A DNA stretch of 64,000 nt from Squalus acanthias (taxonomy: Eukaryota): the NCBI GenBank assembly GCA_030390025.1, contig CM059432.1, positions 55,120,001-55,184,000 of the forward strand, read 5' to 3'. How positions within the stretch are numbered: position 1 is the first letter of the stretch; every line of letters starts with the position of its first letter. The notes beneath the pieces were generated by a model. It did not search any database, was not told where the DNA came from, and saw nothing but the letters and a program-made list of their open reading frames with translations. Below are positions 50,841-63,444 of this stretch, one piece after another. The translations under genes were made by a program, and so were the position numbers.

Positions 50841-53278
50841 GTAACAGAACTTTGACACCATTCTTTCATCTTCTTGTATTATCCTGCAATTCAATTCACA
50901 CATTTATTATTTTAAGCAATCCAATGGCTTGTTCCGACAGTGGTTTACTGCTGGAACATCCTGGTTCTGAAATCACGAGACCTTGATGTCACAGCCCAAC
51001 ATAACAAACATAGCTAACCCCTGACAGTGATTCCATCTTAAAGGATCAGAGATTTATTTTGGCTTTATTCTCTTAGAAAAACATGATTCCAGAAAGCTGA
51101 AACAAAAGGTATATAAATAGAATACACTGCGAAAGCACCTGTTTTATGAAAAATAAATTGCTCATATTGCCACCAACGTAACTTGCATGTATTTCCTGAT
51201 GTAATCTGGTTTATTTATAATTTATAATTCACATCTGTCCTGATAATTAAAAATTTGGGAGTATTCATGGACCAACCAAGATGATAGGGGCACTCCCTTA
51301 ATTAAAAAGAAAAAGAAGTGAAAACACAAAAGAGATTCTTATTCACAATGCCAAAATTGCTGCTTTGAACACGCAACCATTTTTTTGGTCAATGGAGGGT
51401 ATCAAAGGTGCGGCTGAGGTACAAATCACGACAGTATGCTGAGATTTGAAGATATAATTAATTACAAGTACAGTGTTTCAAAAATTCAATTAAGGACTAT
51501 ATAAGTAATAAAGCTTTCAACAAAAAAATTATGAACCTAATGAGATTCCTAACACACAGCAAGTAGCCATGTGATTAAATTAGTCACATTCTATAAAGCA
51601 TCAGTGTTTAAGAAGTGTTGCAAAAGTTAAAGCTTAACCTTTATTGTGGCCAGCTTGCATTTTCAGCACTACACTGTGTGCAGCATCAACTCCTTCAATC
51701 TCAAAGTGTAATGAGAGTCAAGCAGATTTGATTTCAGCAAGACTAAGTGGAGCAGGACATGACTGTATCCAGAGCAGATCTGATCGTTTCGCAATTTACC
51801 GAGCACTCCATCTGTGTAGATGTCTTGTCTCGTACCAGGTATCGAGCGCGAGTGGAGCATTCCAATGGATAATAAAAGACCATGGCCTAGAAATTCGAGT
51901 AGGCCGGAAACCTGCCAGTGCCACCGTAGGCCGAAGTTAACGGCTGCCCGCAAAAAGAACGCAGGCGGCGTTGGTGCTGCCTGCTGATTTACATTAGTGC
52001 AGCACAAAACCTGCCGTGTAACGTACTGTTTCGGGCGGTAGTCTCAGCAGGAGGCCCAATGTAGCATGGCCGTAGCGTCCCTGGAGCGAGACAGCGTTCT
52101 TTAAAGCTAGCCTGTCATTTTAGAAAGCAGTGTCCGAGCCCTTAAAGGGGAACTGCCTTCTAAAATAAAAAAAATAAAAACCATTTAAAAAGAGGCAGTC
52201 TTTAGCCTTTAGAGCTCAACTGCTTTCTGAAAAAAATAAACATTAAAATTAATTCCAAAATGGCAGTCTTCAGCTCTTAAAGCTGAACTGCCTTCCGCAT
52301 GTAAAAGAATGGTAAAAGTGCTTCAGCACTAACACAAATGGCTCAACAAGCCAGGGAAGGGGCACCCAGGGTCTCACACGCAGCACTCCAGCTTTGTGTA
52401 GCAGGTCAACACTGCAAGAGAGGTCCTCTACCCACAGGGGCCAGGAGGCCCTCCAGAAAGAACGACGTGGGACCAGATCACCGAGGCCGTCACTGTGTCA
52501 CCCCCACGAACTGGCTCCAGTGGACAAAGAAGCTTCATGACCTCAGACCAGTGGTCAAGGTCAGTGAATGCATCTTCAAAGCTGTCTCCTACCAACTGCA
52601 CCATTAGTCTCACACACTGCTCATTGCACAACACCCTATCCCCCCTCCCCCCCCCACTCACCTACCAACAATCTGTACCAAACATGAGGCACATCTCACA
52701 TTCCTAGCTTCACCTCACCCCCATGGAGGAGACGGTGTGGCCATTCTTGCAAGGGGTATGACTGAGCCCTTGGTCAGTGGCGGGGCTGAAAGAATACAAG
52801 ATGCCGGTATCCTCATACGTTATCCTCCTTCTCACATCCCACTTCCCCCTCATCCACAATCTATTCTGATTTACAAGATGTGTATGGTGTAAGCATTCAC
52901 CTCTTGCTTTCCTGCCTTCCCCTCACCACGACCCTACCCTTGTGCCTTCCTCATTTCACACACCCAAGAAATTCAGCCTGCTCAGCCAGTGGTTGACCAA
53001 GAAGAGGGAGAGGAGAAAGAAGAAGAAGAAGAAGGAAGAAGAAAAAAGTAAAAAGCACCGTCACTCAGTTTCACACTCCCAGCCAGCAGCTCCTCAAGGT
53101 CGTCCTGCAAGGCCATCTGCAGTGGCCCCCACTGAAAGTCTGCAGCCTTCCACCAGCCATGCTGCAGCCACTGGGGTAGCATTGCATAACATCAGTAGGA
53201 TAGGCAAAGGCACACACAAGACAGTCACTAAGGGAATGCACAAGGGTGATTAATTGATTTCTTGATGTCACATTGGAT

Positions 53279-53802
53279 TGTTGGTGAAAAATTAATTCAC
53301 TCGAGTCTGTCTTAAAGCAAAAGATCACAGTTTAATATTCAGAGCGCTCTGGGAGAAGGGTCACAGCCTGCGGTCTCATGACCAGCTTCTCAATTTAACA
53401 ATGGGAGCCACGCTTCTTTATACACTTCAAGAAGCCAGAAAATACAAACCTCAGCACAGTTATTACATCATGAGTGACCCTTATGGTCTCTAAAAACAAC
53501 TTGATTAGAATCTTACACTGTTAGCAAAACTTATCCTTTACTTCTGCTTTTAGGTTTCATTCTTAGCCTTTTCGAGGCTAGTTTATTATAAAAAACAATG
53601 ATTCACATTTTTGTTCTGCAGTGTCTGCATTATCTATACTGCAGCCTAAGCAAGTTGGTCTTTTATCTAATTATACCCCTGTCTCCATGCCTTCGGGAGA
53701 TACTTTGACCTTTACTATAGTCCTTTAAGCAGTTCAACTAATCTTAAGCATTACAACTGATTTGCCCTTACATTATTACAATTAATCTTTTTTACTCTTA
53801 CA
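53279..53802 (-). mobile_element. Solo LTR (ERV/LTR retrotransposon) with a 5-bp TSD
   Basis: TG..CA ends; TGGAT at 53274-53278 and 53803-53807; empty site in H2 copy 1 (about 22288). The minus strand starts TGTAAGA, with TATAAA near 53420 and ATTAAA near 53333. Confidence 0.88.
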
Positions 53803-54038
53803 TGGATGGATAGATGTATAAAGTTGGATTGGAAAGTTTGCTTTGTGGTGGCTTTTATTTCAGCATTGTGGCCAAGAAGACGCTGTGATGGTCAGTAACA
53901 GAGGGAAGGTAAGGTGTGGGACTAATGTTGACAGGGGAATTGGAGTTGTGGTCACTGGTACCGCAGGTGGATGATTCTACTCTGGATATCCCGGCCAAAA
54001 GGGGCTGTCTGGGTTGCATCCTTCCTTCCCTTTCCTCC

Positions 54039-54136
54039 TCTTCTGCATCTTCTTCTTCTGCGTTTTTCTCTTCTGCGTTTTACTCTTCTGCATCTTACTC
54101 TTCTGTGTCTTACTCTTCTGTGTCATCTCTTCTGCT
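54039..54136. repeat. About 15-bp minisatellite (TCTTCTGCRTCTTAC-like, about 6-7 units)
   Basis: Directly visible; not expanded at the matching position (about 22515-22540) in H2 copy 1. Confidence 0.8.
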
Positions 54137-54156
54137 TCTTCCTCTTCCCTCTGTGA

Positions 54157-54302
54157 GCGGATGCTGGAAATCTGAAATAAAAGCAGAAAATGCTGGAAAT
54201 ACTCAACAGGTCAGGCAGCATCTCGACCCAAGACGCTAACTTTGTTTCTTTCTCCACGGATGCTGCCTGACCTGCGAGTATTTCCAGCATTTTCTGTCTT
54301 TT
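54157..54302. repeat. Penelope-type palindromic fragment carried inside Harbinger H2 copy 2
   Basis: Same structure and same position as 22560-22705. Confidence 0.7.
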
Positions 54303-56215
54303 CAGAGGCCTTCCTTTACCATCCGAAGCCTTGCAGGCATACAGCAGCACTCCCTACACACTTTAAAAACTTTGCACCAAGCCACTAGTTCAATAAAATA
54401 TTTTAAAAAGTCCAAAAGCTTAAATCCAAACTTATCTGAAAGATGTGTGTTTCCCTTTAAGAAGCACTGACAGCCTTTCTGCAGGACTGCTTCACACACA
54501 TTTTTCTGTGCACGTTTAGGACCCAGCGTAATGATGAGCAAAAACGTCCAAGTTATCAGTCATGGCGTCAAGTCAGGTGTTGCACGCCGATTGACGTCAC
54601 AATCTGCTAATTTACATTTCCGAGTCAGCGCTGTCAACGGCAGCGCTATGGCCCTTACCAAAATGATGGCCACCGTGTCCCACGCCGGAAGCGAGGCGGG
54701 CACCATTTTTTCCCAGGAAACCAGCGTTAACAGCTGGCGCTAAGGTAAGCAATTTTTAGACCCATATCGCGAGCTGGGTAAAACCTGATGCCTGATATCT
54801 GGGGACCACTGAAAGGCTGTCCTTCCTGAATAATTTTTGCAGGTGACTGGAATATTGGAGACCTCCATTCCTAGAACTTTGTGCTGCACTATTTTGGAAC
54901 TCTACTGTGCTAATGCTAAACCAAATTTATAAAAATGTCTCAGATAACTTGCTATGATGGAAGATTTTGAACACTTGCCTCCGCAACATAAAGTTGCCCC
55001 TGTCGGTAATGCATTTTGGGAATCTGGTCAGCAAGCTCTCGGAATTTTTCATGCACTGAAAATCCTGTAGGGCCCTCTGACCTCTGCAGGTGAATTCCTA
55101 ATATGCAAAGCACTTTACTGGGAATGTGAATTCGGAAAACCTATGCTATAGTTGCGGGCAAACATATTCTTACCATTTCTGATGCCCTCCACCGAACCGG
55201 CTTTTGTGCTTTGACGCTCAATCTCGGTTCATTGAATGAAATGTCCTGCTAGACTTCTGCTGTACAGACTGCCAATGGCAACAGCTTTGACAATTCTATT
55301 CATTGGCACAATAATATTCTTTGTACATCTTCCCCTAAAGGAACATCCTATGCACTTTAAAATGAGACTGTAGGGTATCTATAATATATTAAAAGTTTTG
55401 TGTCTGCCCTCACTTCCTATCTACAAAACCTTACTTCCTGTTTTAAACTTTTCTCCATTATAAATTCCTATGTTTACATTAATAATAGAAACTATTTATG
55501 TAAACTTGTCACACTGTAATTATACCCTCCCAAACAGTGGTGGTACTATAAGAACAGCAAAAGGCCATTCAGCCCTCGTGCTTGTTCCGCCATTCAGTTA
55601 GATAATGGCTGGTCTGTACCTCAAGCTGATTTACCCACCTTTGATCCATATCCCTTGATACCCTTACCCAACAAAAATCTATCAATCTCAGACCTGAAAA
55701 TTTCAATTGACCCAGAATCCACAGCCTTTTGGGGAAGCAAGTTCCAGATCTCCACTACCCTTTGTGTGAAAAAGTGCTTCCTGATTTCACTCCTAAATGG
55801 CCTAGCTCTAATTTTAAGATTATGCCCTCTTGTTCTTGATTCCACCACCAGAGAAACCTCTGTATCTAACCTATCAAATTCCTTTATAATTTTAAACACC
55901 TCAATTAGATTACCCCTTAACCTTCTAAACCCAAGGGAATACAAGCCAAGTTTATTCAACCTCTCCCTATAATTTAACCTCTTAAGCCCCGCTATCATTC
56001 TCGTGAATCTGCACTGTACCCGTTCCAAGGCCAGTATAATCTTTCCTGATATTCGGTGCCCAAAACTGAATGCAGTACTTCAGATGGATCTGTACAACTG
56101 AAGCAACACTTCCTCACTTCTGAATTTCAATCCCCTTGAGATAAGAGACAACATTCCATTAGCCTTTTTGATTACTTTTTATAACTGTGCACTAGCTTTT
56201 AGTGATTTGTGTATG

Positions 56216-56415
56216 TCATAGAATCATAGAAGATACAGCACAGAAAGAGGCCATTCGGTCCATTGTGCCTGTGCTGGCTCTTCGGTACAGCTATCCAATT
56301 ATTCCCACTCCCCTGCTCTTTCCCCATAGTCCTGTACTTTTTTTCCCTTCAAGTATTTATCCAATTCCCTTTGGAAAGTTACAATTGAATCTGCTTCCAC
56401 TGCCCTTTCAGACAG
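56216..56415 (-). mobile_element. Short CR1 3'-end insertion nested in the CR1
   Basis: Tail CATAGAATCATAGAA..GGCCATTCGG; flanks TGTATG / TATATG. Confidence 0.75.
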
Positions 56416-56558
56416 TATATGGACACCTAAATCCTTTCTCCTCCACAGCTCTTAGTCTCTCACCATTCAGAAAATGTTCTGATTTGTCTTTCTCGGGTCC
56501 AAAATGGATAAACTCATACTTCTCCACAGTGAACTCCATCTTCCATAGTTTTGCCCAC

Positions 56559-58006
56559 TGTGAAAACGGATACAAAGTACTCATTGTAAGCTTCTTGAAC
56601 TTGACACCAACTTGTTTGTAAATAATCTTTATTGAGTTCGACCAAGTCTTGACACAGTCAATGTCTTAAGCAATAGTCATACAGAGAAATAAACGATAAC
56701 AGAGTTCAGTGCCATTCGCAACTCCTCAGATAATGAAGCAGTCCATGCCCGCATGCAGCAAGACCTGGACGAAATTCAGGGTTGGGCTGATAAGTGGTAG
56801 GTAACATTCGCGTCACACAAGTGCCAGGCAATGACTATCTCCAACAAGAGCGTCTAACCACCACCTCTTGACATTCAACGGCATTACCATCACCGAATCC
56901 CCCACCATCATTATCCTGAGGCTCACCATTGACAGAAAATTAACTGGACCAGCCACATAAATACTGTGGCAACAAGAGCAGGTCAGAGGCTAGGTATTCT
57001 GCGGCGAGTGTCTCACCTCCTGACTCCCCAAAGCCTTTCCACTATCTACAAGGCACAAGTCAGGGGTGTGATGGAATACTCTTCACTTGCCTAGATGAGT
57101 GCAGCTCCAACAACATTCAAGAAGCGTGACACCATCCAAGACAAAGCAGCCCGCTTGATTGGCACCCCATCCACCACCTTAAACATTCACTCCCACCACC
57201 ACCGATGTATCGTGGCTGCAGTGTGTACCATGTATAAGATGCACTGTAGCAACATGCCAAGGCTTCTTCGGCAGCACCTCCCAAACCCGCAACCTCTACC
57301 ACCTAGAAGGACAAGGGCAGCAGGCGCATGGGAACACCACCACCTCCAAGTTCCCCTCCAAGTCACACACGATCTTGACTTGGAAGTATATCGCTGTTCA
57401 CTGTGGGAGTACCTTCACCACACGGACTGCAGCGGTTCAAGAAGACGGCACACCACCACCTTCTCAAGGGCAACTACGGATGGGCAATAAATGCTGGCCT
57501 TGCCAGCGACGCCCACATCCCATGAATTATTTTTTTTTTAAATTACCCGCTTTCGCTCTGGATAGAGAACGGAACTTTCATTGATTCTTTTGTTCTTGTC
57601 TCGCTCTACAAATTGTGAAGAAAAGCTTAACATCTTTATAGGGCTCTAGTCACACACAGCCATCTCTTAAAAGGAGTTGTTTTTTAGTTTCCTGACTGAT
57701 CTGTTGATCATTGTCTTGTTTGTTTGTTTACAGGCTACTCTCTTATCTGGGAGCCAATTGTCCCCTTATTCATCATTCCTTGGTAACAAAAGACCTCTCC
57801 TTACTGATAAAGCTTTTTCTTGCTGAACGTCATCCATACCCTGAAGAATTCTGAGAATGAGCAGCTTGACCATTTTATTATTTCTAGCTACAGTACAAGT
57901 CTACAAGCTATTTATAAGTGAAAAGGAAGCAAAAACCTTAATCATATGAGATTAAACCAAATCCTAATCCTACGTATTTATGTATATAAAAATAGGGTAT
58001 CTTACA
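56559..58006 (-). mobile_element. Probable solo LTR interrupted by LINE B
   Basis: TG..CA ends interrupting the CR1. The minus strand starts TGTAAGA like the 53.3-kb LTR, with TATAAAA near 57637 and AATAAA near 56630. No TSD visible. Confidence 0.65.
56700..57530 (+). mobile_element. LINE family B 3' portion
   Basis: Colinear with 26530-27370, including the 3' end GCAATAAATGCTGGCCTTGCCAGCGACGCCCACATCCCATGA. Confidence 0.9.
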
Positions 58007-58403
58007 TCAACAAGTCTGTCATTTCCTTAATGCCCATTATCGTCTTGCCTGCATCCATCTTTAATGGGCCCACTTTCCCTGTTGCCACTCTGTAGCCAAG
58101 AAATCTGGCTCCGTAGCGCCCGATTTTTAGCGGGTCACACTGGATCTCATTTTGGTGAGGTCGTTTGCGTTAGCGCAGGGAGTGTGCGCCGGAAGTATGC
58201 AGAGTACACAGATCGTGACGTCAATCAGCGTGCAACATTGATTTGACACCAGCGCTGCCATTTTTGATTTCAAAGCTGGAGCTAACACCCTCTCTTAACC
58301 TCCCACAGCTGAACATGCGTTCAGCAGCAGGAAGGACCCCCCACCTGCGCTATTTAAAGGGATCATCAACTACTTACAGGTTAGTTGCTGATTGATTTCT
58401 ACT

Positions 58404-60961
58404 TTTTTTTAATTTATTCGTTCATGGGATGTGGGCGTCGCTGGCAAGGCCAGCATTTATTGCCCATCCCTAATTGCCCTTGAGAGGTGGTGGTGAGCCA
58501 CCTTCTTGAACTGCTGCAGTCCGTGTGGTGAAGGTACTCCCATAGTGCTGTTAGGAAGAGAGGTCCAGGATTTTGACCCAGTGATGATGAAGGAAGGGCG
58601 ATATATTTCCAAGTCGGGATGGTGTGTAACTTGGAGGGGAACTTGGAGGTGGTGGTGTTCCCATGCGCCTGCTGCCCTTGTCCTTCTAGGTGGTAGAGGT
58701 CGCGGGTTTGGGAGGTACTGCCGATGAAGCCTTGGCGAGTTGCTGCAGTGCATCTTGTAGATGGTACACACTGTAGCCACGGTGCGCTGGTGGTGCAGGG
58801 AGTGAATGTTTAAGGTGGTGGATGGGATGCCAATCAAGCGAGCTGCTTTGTCCTGGATGGTGTCGAGCTTCTTGAGCGTTGTTGGAGCTGCACTCATCCA
58901 GGCAAGTGGAGAGTATTCCATCACACTCCTGACTTGTGCCTTGTAGATGGTGGAAAGGCTTTGGGGAGTCAGGAGGTGAAACACTCGTCACAGAATACCC
59001 AGCCTTTAAGAACATAAGAACATAAGAAATAAGAGCAAGAGTAGGCCATACGGCAGAGAATTCCAAAGATTCACAACCCGCTGAGTAAAGAAATTCCTTC
59101 TCATCTCAGTCTTAAATGGCCTACTGCTTATCCTGAGACTATGCCCCCTAGTTCTAGACACTCCAGCCAGGGGAAACAACCTCTCAGCATCTACCCTGTC
59201 AATCCACTTCAGAATCTTGTATGTTTCAATGAGATCACCTCTCATTCTTCTAAACTCCAGAGAGTATAGGCCCATTCTACACAATCTCTCATCATCGCAC
59301 AGCCCTCTCATGCCAGGAATCAATCTAGTAAACCTTCGTTGCACCGCCTCAAGGCAAGTATATCTCCTTAGATAAGGAGACCTAAACTGTGCACAGTACT
59401 CCAGGTGTGGTCTCACCAAGGCCCTGTACAATTGTAGCAAGACTTCCTCACTCTTATACTCCAACCCCCTTGCAATAAAGGCCAACATGCCATTTGCCTT
59501 CCTTATTGCTTGCCGTAGCTGCATGCTAGCTTTCTGTGTTTCTTGCAGAAGGACACCCAAATCTCTCTGAACACCAACATTTGAAAGTTTCTCACCATTT
59601 TGACTTGCTCTTGTAGCCACAGTATTTATGTGGCTGGTCCAGTTAAGTTTCTGGTCAATGGTGACCCCCCCAAGATGTTGATGGTGGGGGATTCGGCAAT
59701 GGTAATGTTGTTGAATGTGAAGGAGCGGTGGTTAGACTCTCGCATGTTGGAGATAGTCATTGCCTGGCATTTGTGAGGCGTGAATGTTACTTGCCACTTA
59801 TCAGCCCAAGCCTGAATGTCATCCAGGTCTTGCTGCATTCGGGCATAGACTGCTTCATTATCTGATGAGTTGCGAATGAAACTGAACACTGCAATCATCA
59901 GCAAACATCCCCACTTCTGACCTTATGATATAGGAAAGGTCATTGATGAAGCAGCTGGAGATGGTTGGGCCTGGGACACTGCCCTGAGGAACTCCTGATG
60001 CAATTACCTGGGGCTGACGTGATTGACCTCCAACAACTACAACCATCTTCCTTTGTGCTAGATATGACTCCAGTCAGTGGAGAATTTTCCCCTGATGCCC
60101 ACTGACTTCAATTTTACTAGGGCTCCTTGATGCCACACTCGGTCAAATGCTGCCTTGATGTCAAGGACAGACACTCTCACCTCACCTCTGGAATCTCAGC
60201 TCTTTCGTCCTTGAGGCTGTAATGAGGTCTGGAGCCGAGTGGTCCTGGCGGAACCCAAACTGGGCATCGGTGAGAAGATTATTGGTGAGTAAGTGCCGCT
60301 TAATTGCACTGTCGATGACACCTTCCATCACTTTGCTGATGATTGAGAGTAGACTGATGGGGCGGTAATTGGCCGGGTTGGATTTGTCCTGCTTTTTGTG
60401 GACTGGACATACCTGGGCAGTTTTCCACATTGTCGGATAGATGCCAGTGTTGTAGCTGTACAGGAACAGCTTGGCTAGAGGCACGGCTAGTTCTGGAGTA
60501 CAAGTCTTTAGCACGACAGCCAGAATGTTGTCAAGGCCCATAGCCTTTGCTGTATCCAGTGCGCTCAGCCATTTCTTGATATCACGTGGACTGAATCGAA
60601 TTGGCTGAGGACTGGCTTCTGTGATGGTGGGGATCTCAGGAGGGGGCCAAGATGGGTCATCCACTCGGCACTTCTGGCTGAAGATGGTTGCAATGCTTCA
60701 GCCTTGTGTTTTGCACTCGTGTGCTGGGCTCCGCCATCATTGAGGATGGGGATGTTCATAGAGCCTCCTCCTCCCATTAGTTGTTTAATTGTCCACCACC
60801 ATTCACCACTGAATGTGGCAGGACTGCAGAGCTTTGATCAGATCTGTTGGTTGTGGGATCACTTAGCTCTGTCTATAGCATGCTGCTTCCGCTGTTTAGC
60901 ATGTATGTAGTCCTGTGTTGGCACCACATTTTTTGGTACGCCTGGTGCTGCTCCTGGCATG
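58404..60961 (-). mobile_element. LINE family B, 5'-truncated, with poly(A) and a 7-bp TSD
   Basis: TTCTACT at 58397-58403 and 60962-60968; RT motifs in minus-strand ORFs (NYRPISLLS, GVPQGSV, FADD, MEYSPLAW). Confidence 0.92.
59007..59600 (-). mobile_element. CR1 3' fragment nested in LINE B
   Basis: QRDLGVL..LYRALVRPHLEYC..RRMRGDLIETYKI; tail (TTCTTATG)n at 59007-59030. Confidence 0.9.
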
Positions 60962-61554
60962 TTCTACTGGCTGTTGCTGAGTTTGTAGAAGTGTTTGCTG
61001 GTTTCTGCAGTTATTTAAAGTTGCCTAAAGTCTCTAGGGAGTGGTGTGGCACCCGCTCAAGGTTTTGGTACTGACTTGCAAGGCTTCTGCTCAGACCAGT
61101 TGCTCACAGACATGGGTGCAGTAGTTTGCATGCCCCTTGGCCTACAGCATCATAGGGAGAATGAGCACAGGCGACACAGAGCAGGACAAGCTGCTAGAAG
61201 GAGGAGGAGGAAGAGGAGGAGGAGGAAGAGAAGGAGGCTGCCATCATGGCTGCGGTTAGCAGTGTTAAAAGGGACTTGCAGGGTGTCACAACAGTCCAGC
61301 AATCTGTCATCCAACAGAGGAGGACAGCTCCTTTCTGCCCCCGCTGTCCGTGATCAACTCATCCGACTGCGGTATCAGTGAACGCAACCCCAATTCCCCA
61401 TTCACCAACAGTCCCACGCCTTAAATTCCCTCTGTTACTGACCATCACAGCGTCATCTGGGCCACAATGCTACAATAAAAGCCACCACAAAACAAACATT
61501 CCAAACCAAATTTATCAATAAAACCATTCCAATATTTCATACAAAAGTCAACTA

Positions 61555-63444
61555 ATCACCCTTATGCATTCCCTTCGTGCCTGTCTTCCGTGTACCTTTG
61601 CCTGTCCTAGTGCTCCTACGCAGTGCTACCCAAGTGGCTGCAGCACGGCTGGTGGTAGGCTGCTGATTTTCAGTGGGGAAGACTACAGATGGCCTTGGCC
61701 TCGAGCAGCTCTAAGCCTAGAAGGCCCAGCTTCAGACTGCACCATCTTGGCATGGGCGGCAGCAGTCTGGGCTGGCTGGCTGACAGGCAACAGCAAGGGC
61801 AGTGGCAGGGGTGGGAGAACGAATGCTGTCATCCTGAGAGAGGACAGCAGGTTCATGCTCCACAGAGCCACTGCCACTCACCCGGAGCGGCGCCGCACCA
61901 ATGCTAGTAATCTGTTGGAGGATAGATTGCTGGACTGCTGTGACACCCTGCAAGCCCCTTTTAACACTGGTAACCGCAGCCATGATGGCAGCAGTCTGAA
62001 CTTGCATGACAGCAAGCTGAGCTTTCACTGCAGCACTCAGACATTGGGTGGCTTCTGCTTGTGCTGCAATGGAAGCTGAGACGTTGGCCATTAGACGCGG
62101 CATCATGGTTGGATCCACAAGTGTGCTAATGGATTTGCCCACCACATCCACGCTGGAAAGGATGGGCTCCAAGCTCTGTGCAAAGCCCTGTGCAAGGTTG
62201 TTGCTGGACTCGTCCATGCTCCTTGACATTACATTCAGGCTTTCTGGCAGGCCTGCCAATGCACCAAGCATTTCACTGTGCATACCGATCGGCATTCTTC
62301 TGTAGGCCGCCCCATCGAAGTCCTCATCTGAGTCCTCTGCACCAGAACTCGTGTGCGACCTTGCCCTCCGGTGAGCTGGCACCCGCGCTACCCTTACCCC
62401 CTGCACTGGCTGCAGGACACTCGTGTCCAGTGACTCACCACGTGCAGATCCCGCCTCTATGCTACCCTCTAAATGACGCGCAGTGTCAGTATCTGAGCTG
62501 GTGGCTGCAAGTGTGAAATTCAGTGATGGTGCTGTGTCTTCAGCATCACTGCCTTCTTCCTCTTGCAGTTCCTGCTCCTCCACCACTGTCTACCCAGATT
62601 GGAGTTCTTGGCTATCTGAAAGGAGAAAGGCACAAGGGTAAGGTTGTGGTGAGGGGAGGGGAGGAAAGCAAGAGATGCATGCTTACACCATGTGCAGCTT
62701 GTAAATCAGAAGAGATTGTGGGATGAGGGGCATGTGGAATGTGAGAAGGAGGATTAGGTATGAGTATACCATCATCTTCAATGGTTTCAGCTCCGCCATT
62801 GGCCACGGCCTCAGTCACGGCCGCTCCAATAATGGCCAGCACTGTCTCCTCCATCGGGGTTAGGACATGCCAGCGCGCCTGTCCCCCTCTGGTTAGCTGC
62901 TGCTGCCTGCGGTTGTATGCCACCTTGTCCTACAAGAGAGAGGGAAGTGCATCAGTGAGTTTGGTTCACTGTGTTTGGCTGGTGTGGCTGTCATGGTTGA
63001 ATAGCTGGTAGTGTGGGCAAGCTGTGGGATGTGGGTGTAAGGCTTGTAGCAGTGCTATGTGTGTGAGGGTGAGGTGGAGCATATGAATGTGAGGTATGAG
63101 TCGTGATTGATGGTAGGTGAGTGATGGGTGTGTGGTACATTAAACAGTGTTTGAGGCTAGTGGTGCAGTTGGTGGGATATAACATTTGACGATGCATTCA
63201 CTGACTTTGACCACTTGTGTGAGGTCATTGAACTTCTTTCAGCACTGCATCCAGGTCCTCGGGCAACAATGCTGGTATTGACCTCCATGGCTATCTGCTC
63301 CCACTGCCTTCACAGTGTCTGTCTGGAGGGCCTCCTGGCCCCCTGTGGATACAGAACCTCTCTCCTCCTGTCCACCTCCTGCACTAAGGCCTCCAGTGCT
63401 ACGTCGGAGAACCTTGCAGCCCGCTCTCTGGCATGTTGCGCCAT
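61555..63444 (-). pseudogene. Full-length three-exon Harbinger Myb/SANT gene pseudogene (exons 63444-63206, 62929-62770, 62615 to about 61555)
   Basis: MAQHARERAARFSDVALEALVQEVDRRREVLYP..TL*RQWEQIA..RTWMQC*KKFNDLTQVVK|GT; AG|DKVAYNRRQQQLTRGG..EDD|GT; exon 3 contains the 284-aa ORF 61732-62586. Canonical GT/AG sites, but three stops and at least two frameshifts. Confidence 0.88.

Larger units (their letters stand above)
51884..54762. mobile_element. Internally deleted Harbinger, family H2, copy 2 (Myb remnant + from 52338)
   Basis: CAT at 51881-51883 and 54763-54765; TIR GGCCTAGAAATT / AATTTTTAGACC; colinear with 21030-23060. Confidence 0.87.

Noticed and set aside
50669..50986. 105-aa single-exon membrane protein from the ORF track
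   Set aside because: Only 50718-50840 resembles COLEC12 and it is bounded by AG/GT; the rest is intron read-through.
21030..54762. Segmental duplication explaining the similarity of 21.0-23.1 kb and 51.9-54.8 kb
   Set aside because: Similarity stops at the element ends, the flanks are unrelated, and copy 2 has its own CAT duplication.
61555..63444. Functional NAIF1/MSANTD-like host gene
   Set aside because: Two TGA stops and a frameshift in exon 1, a TAG early in exon 3, and location within a transposon.
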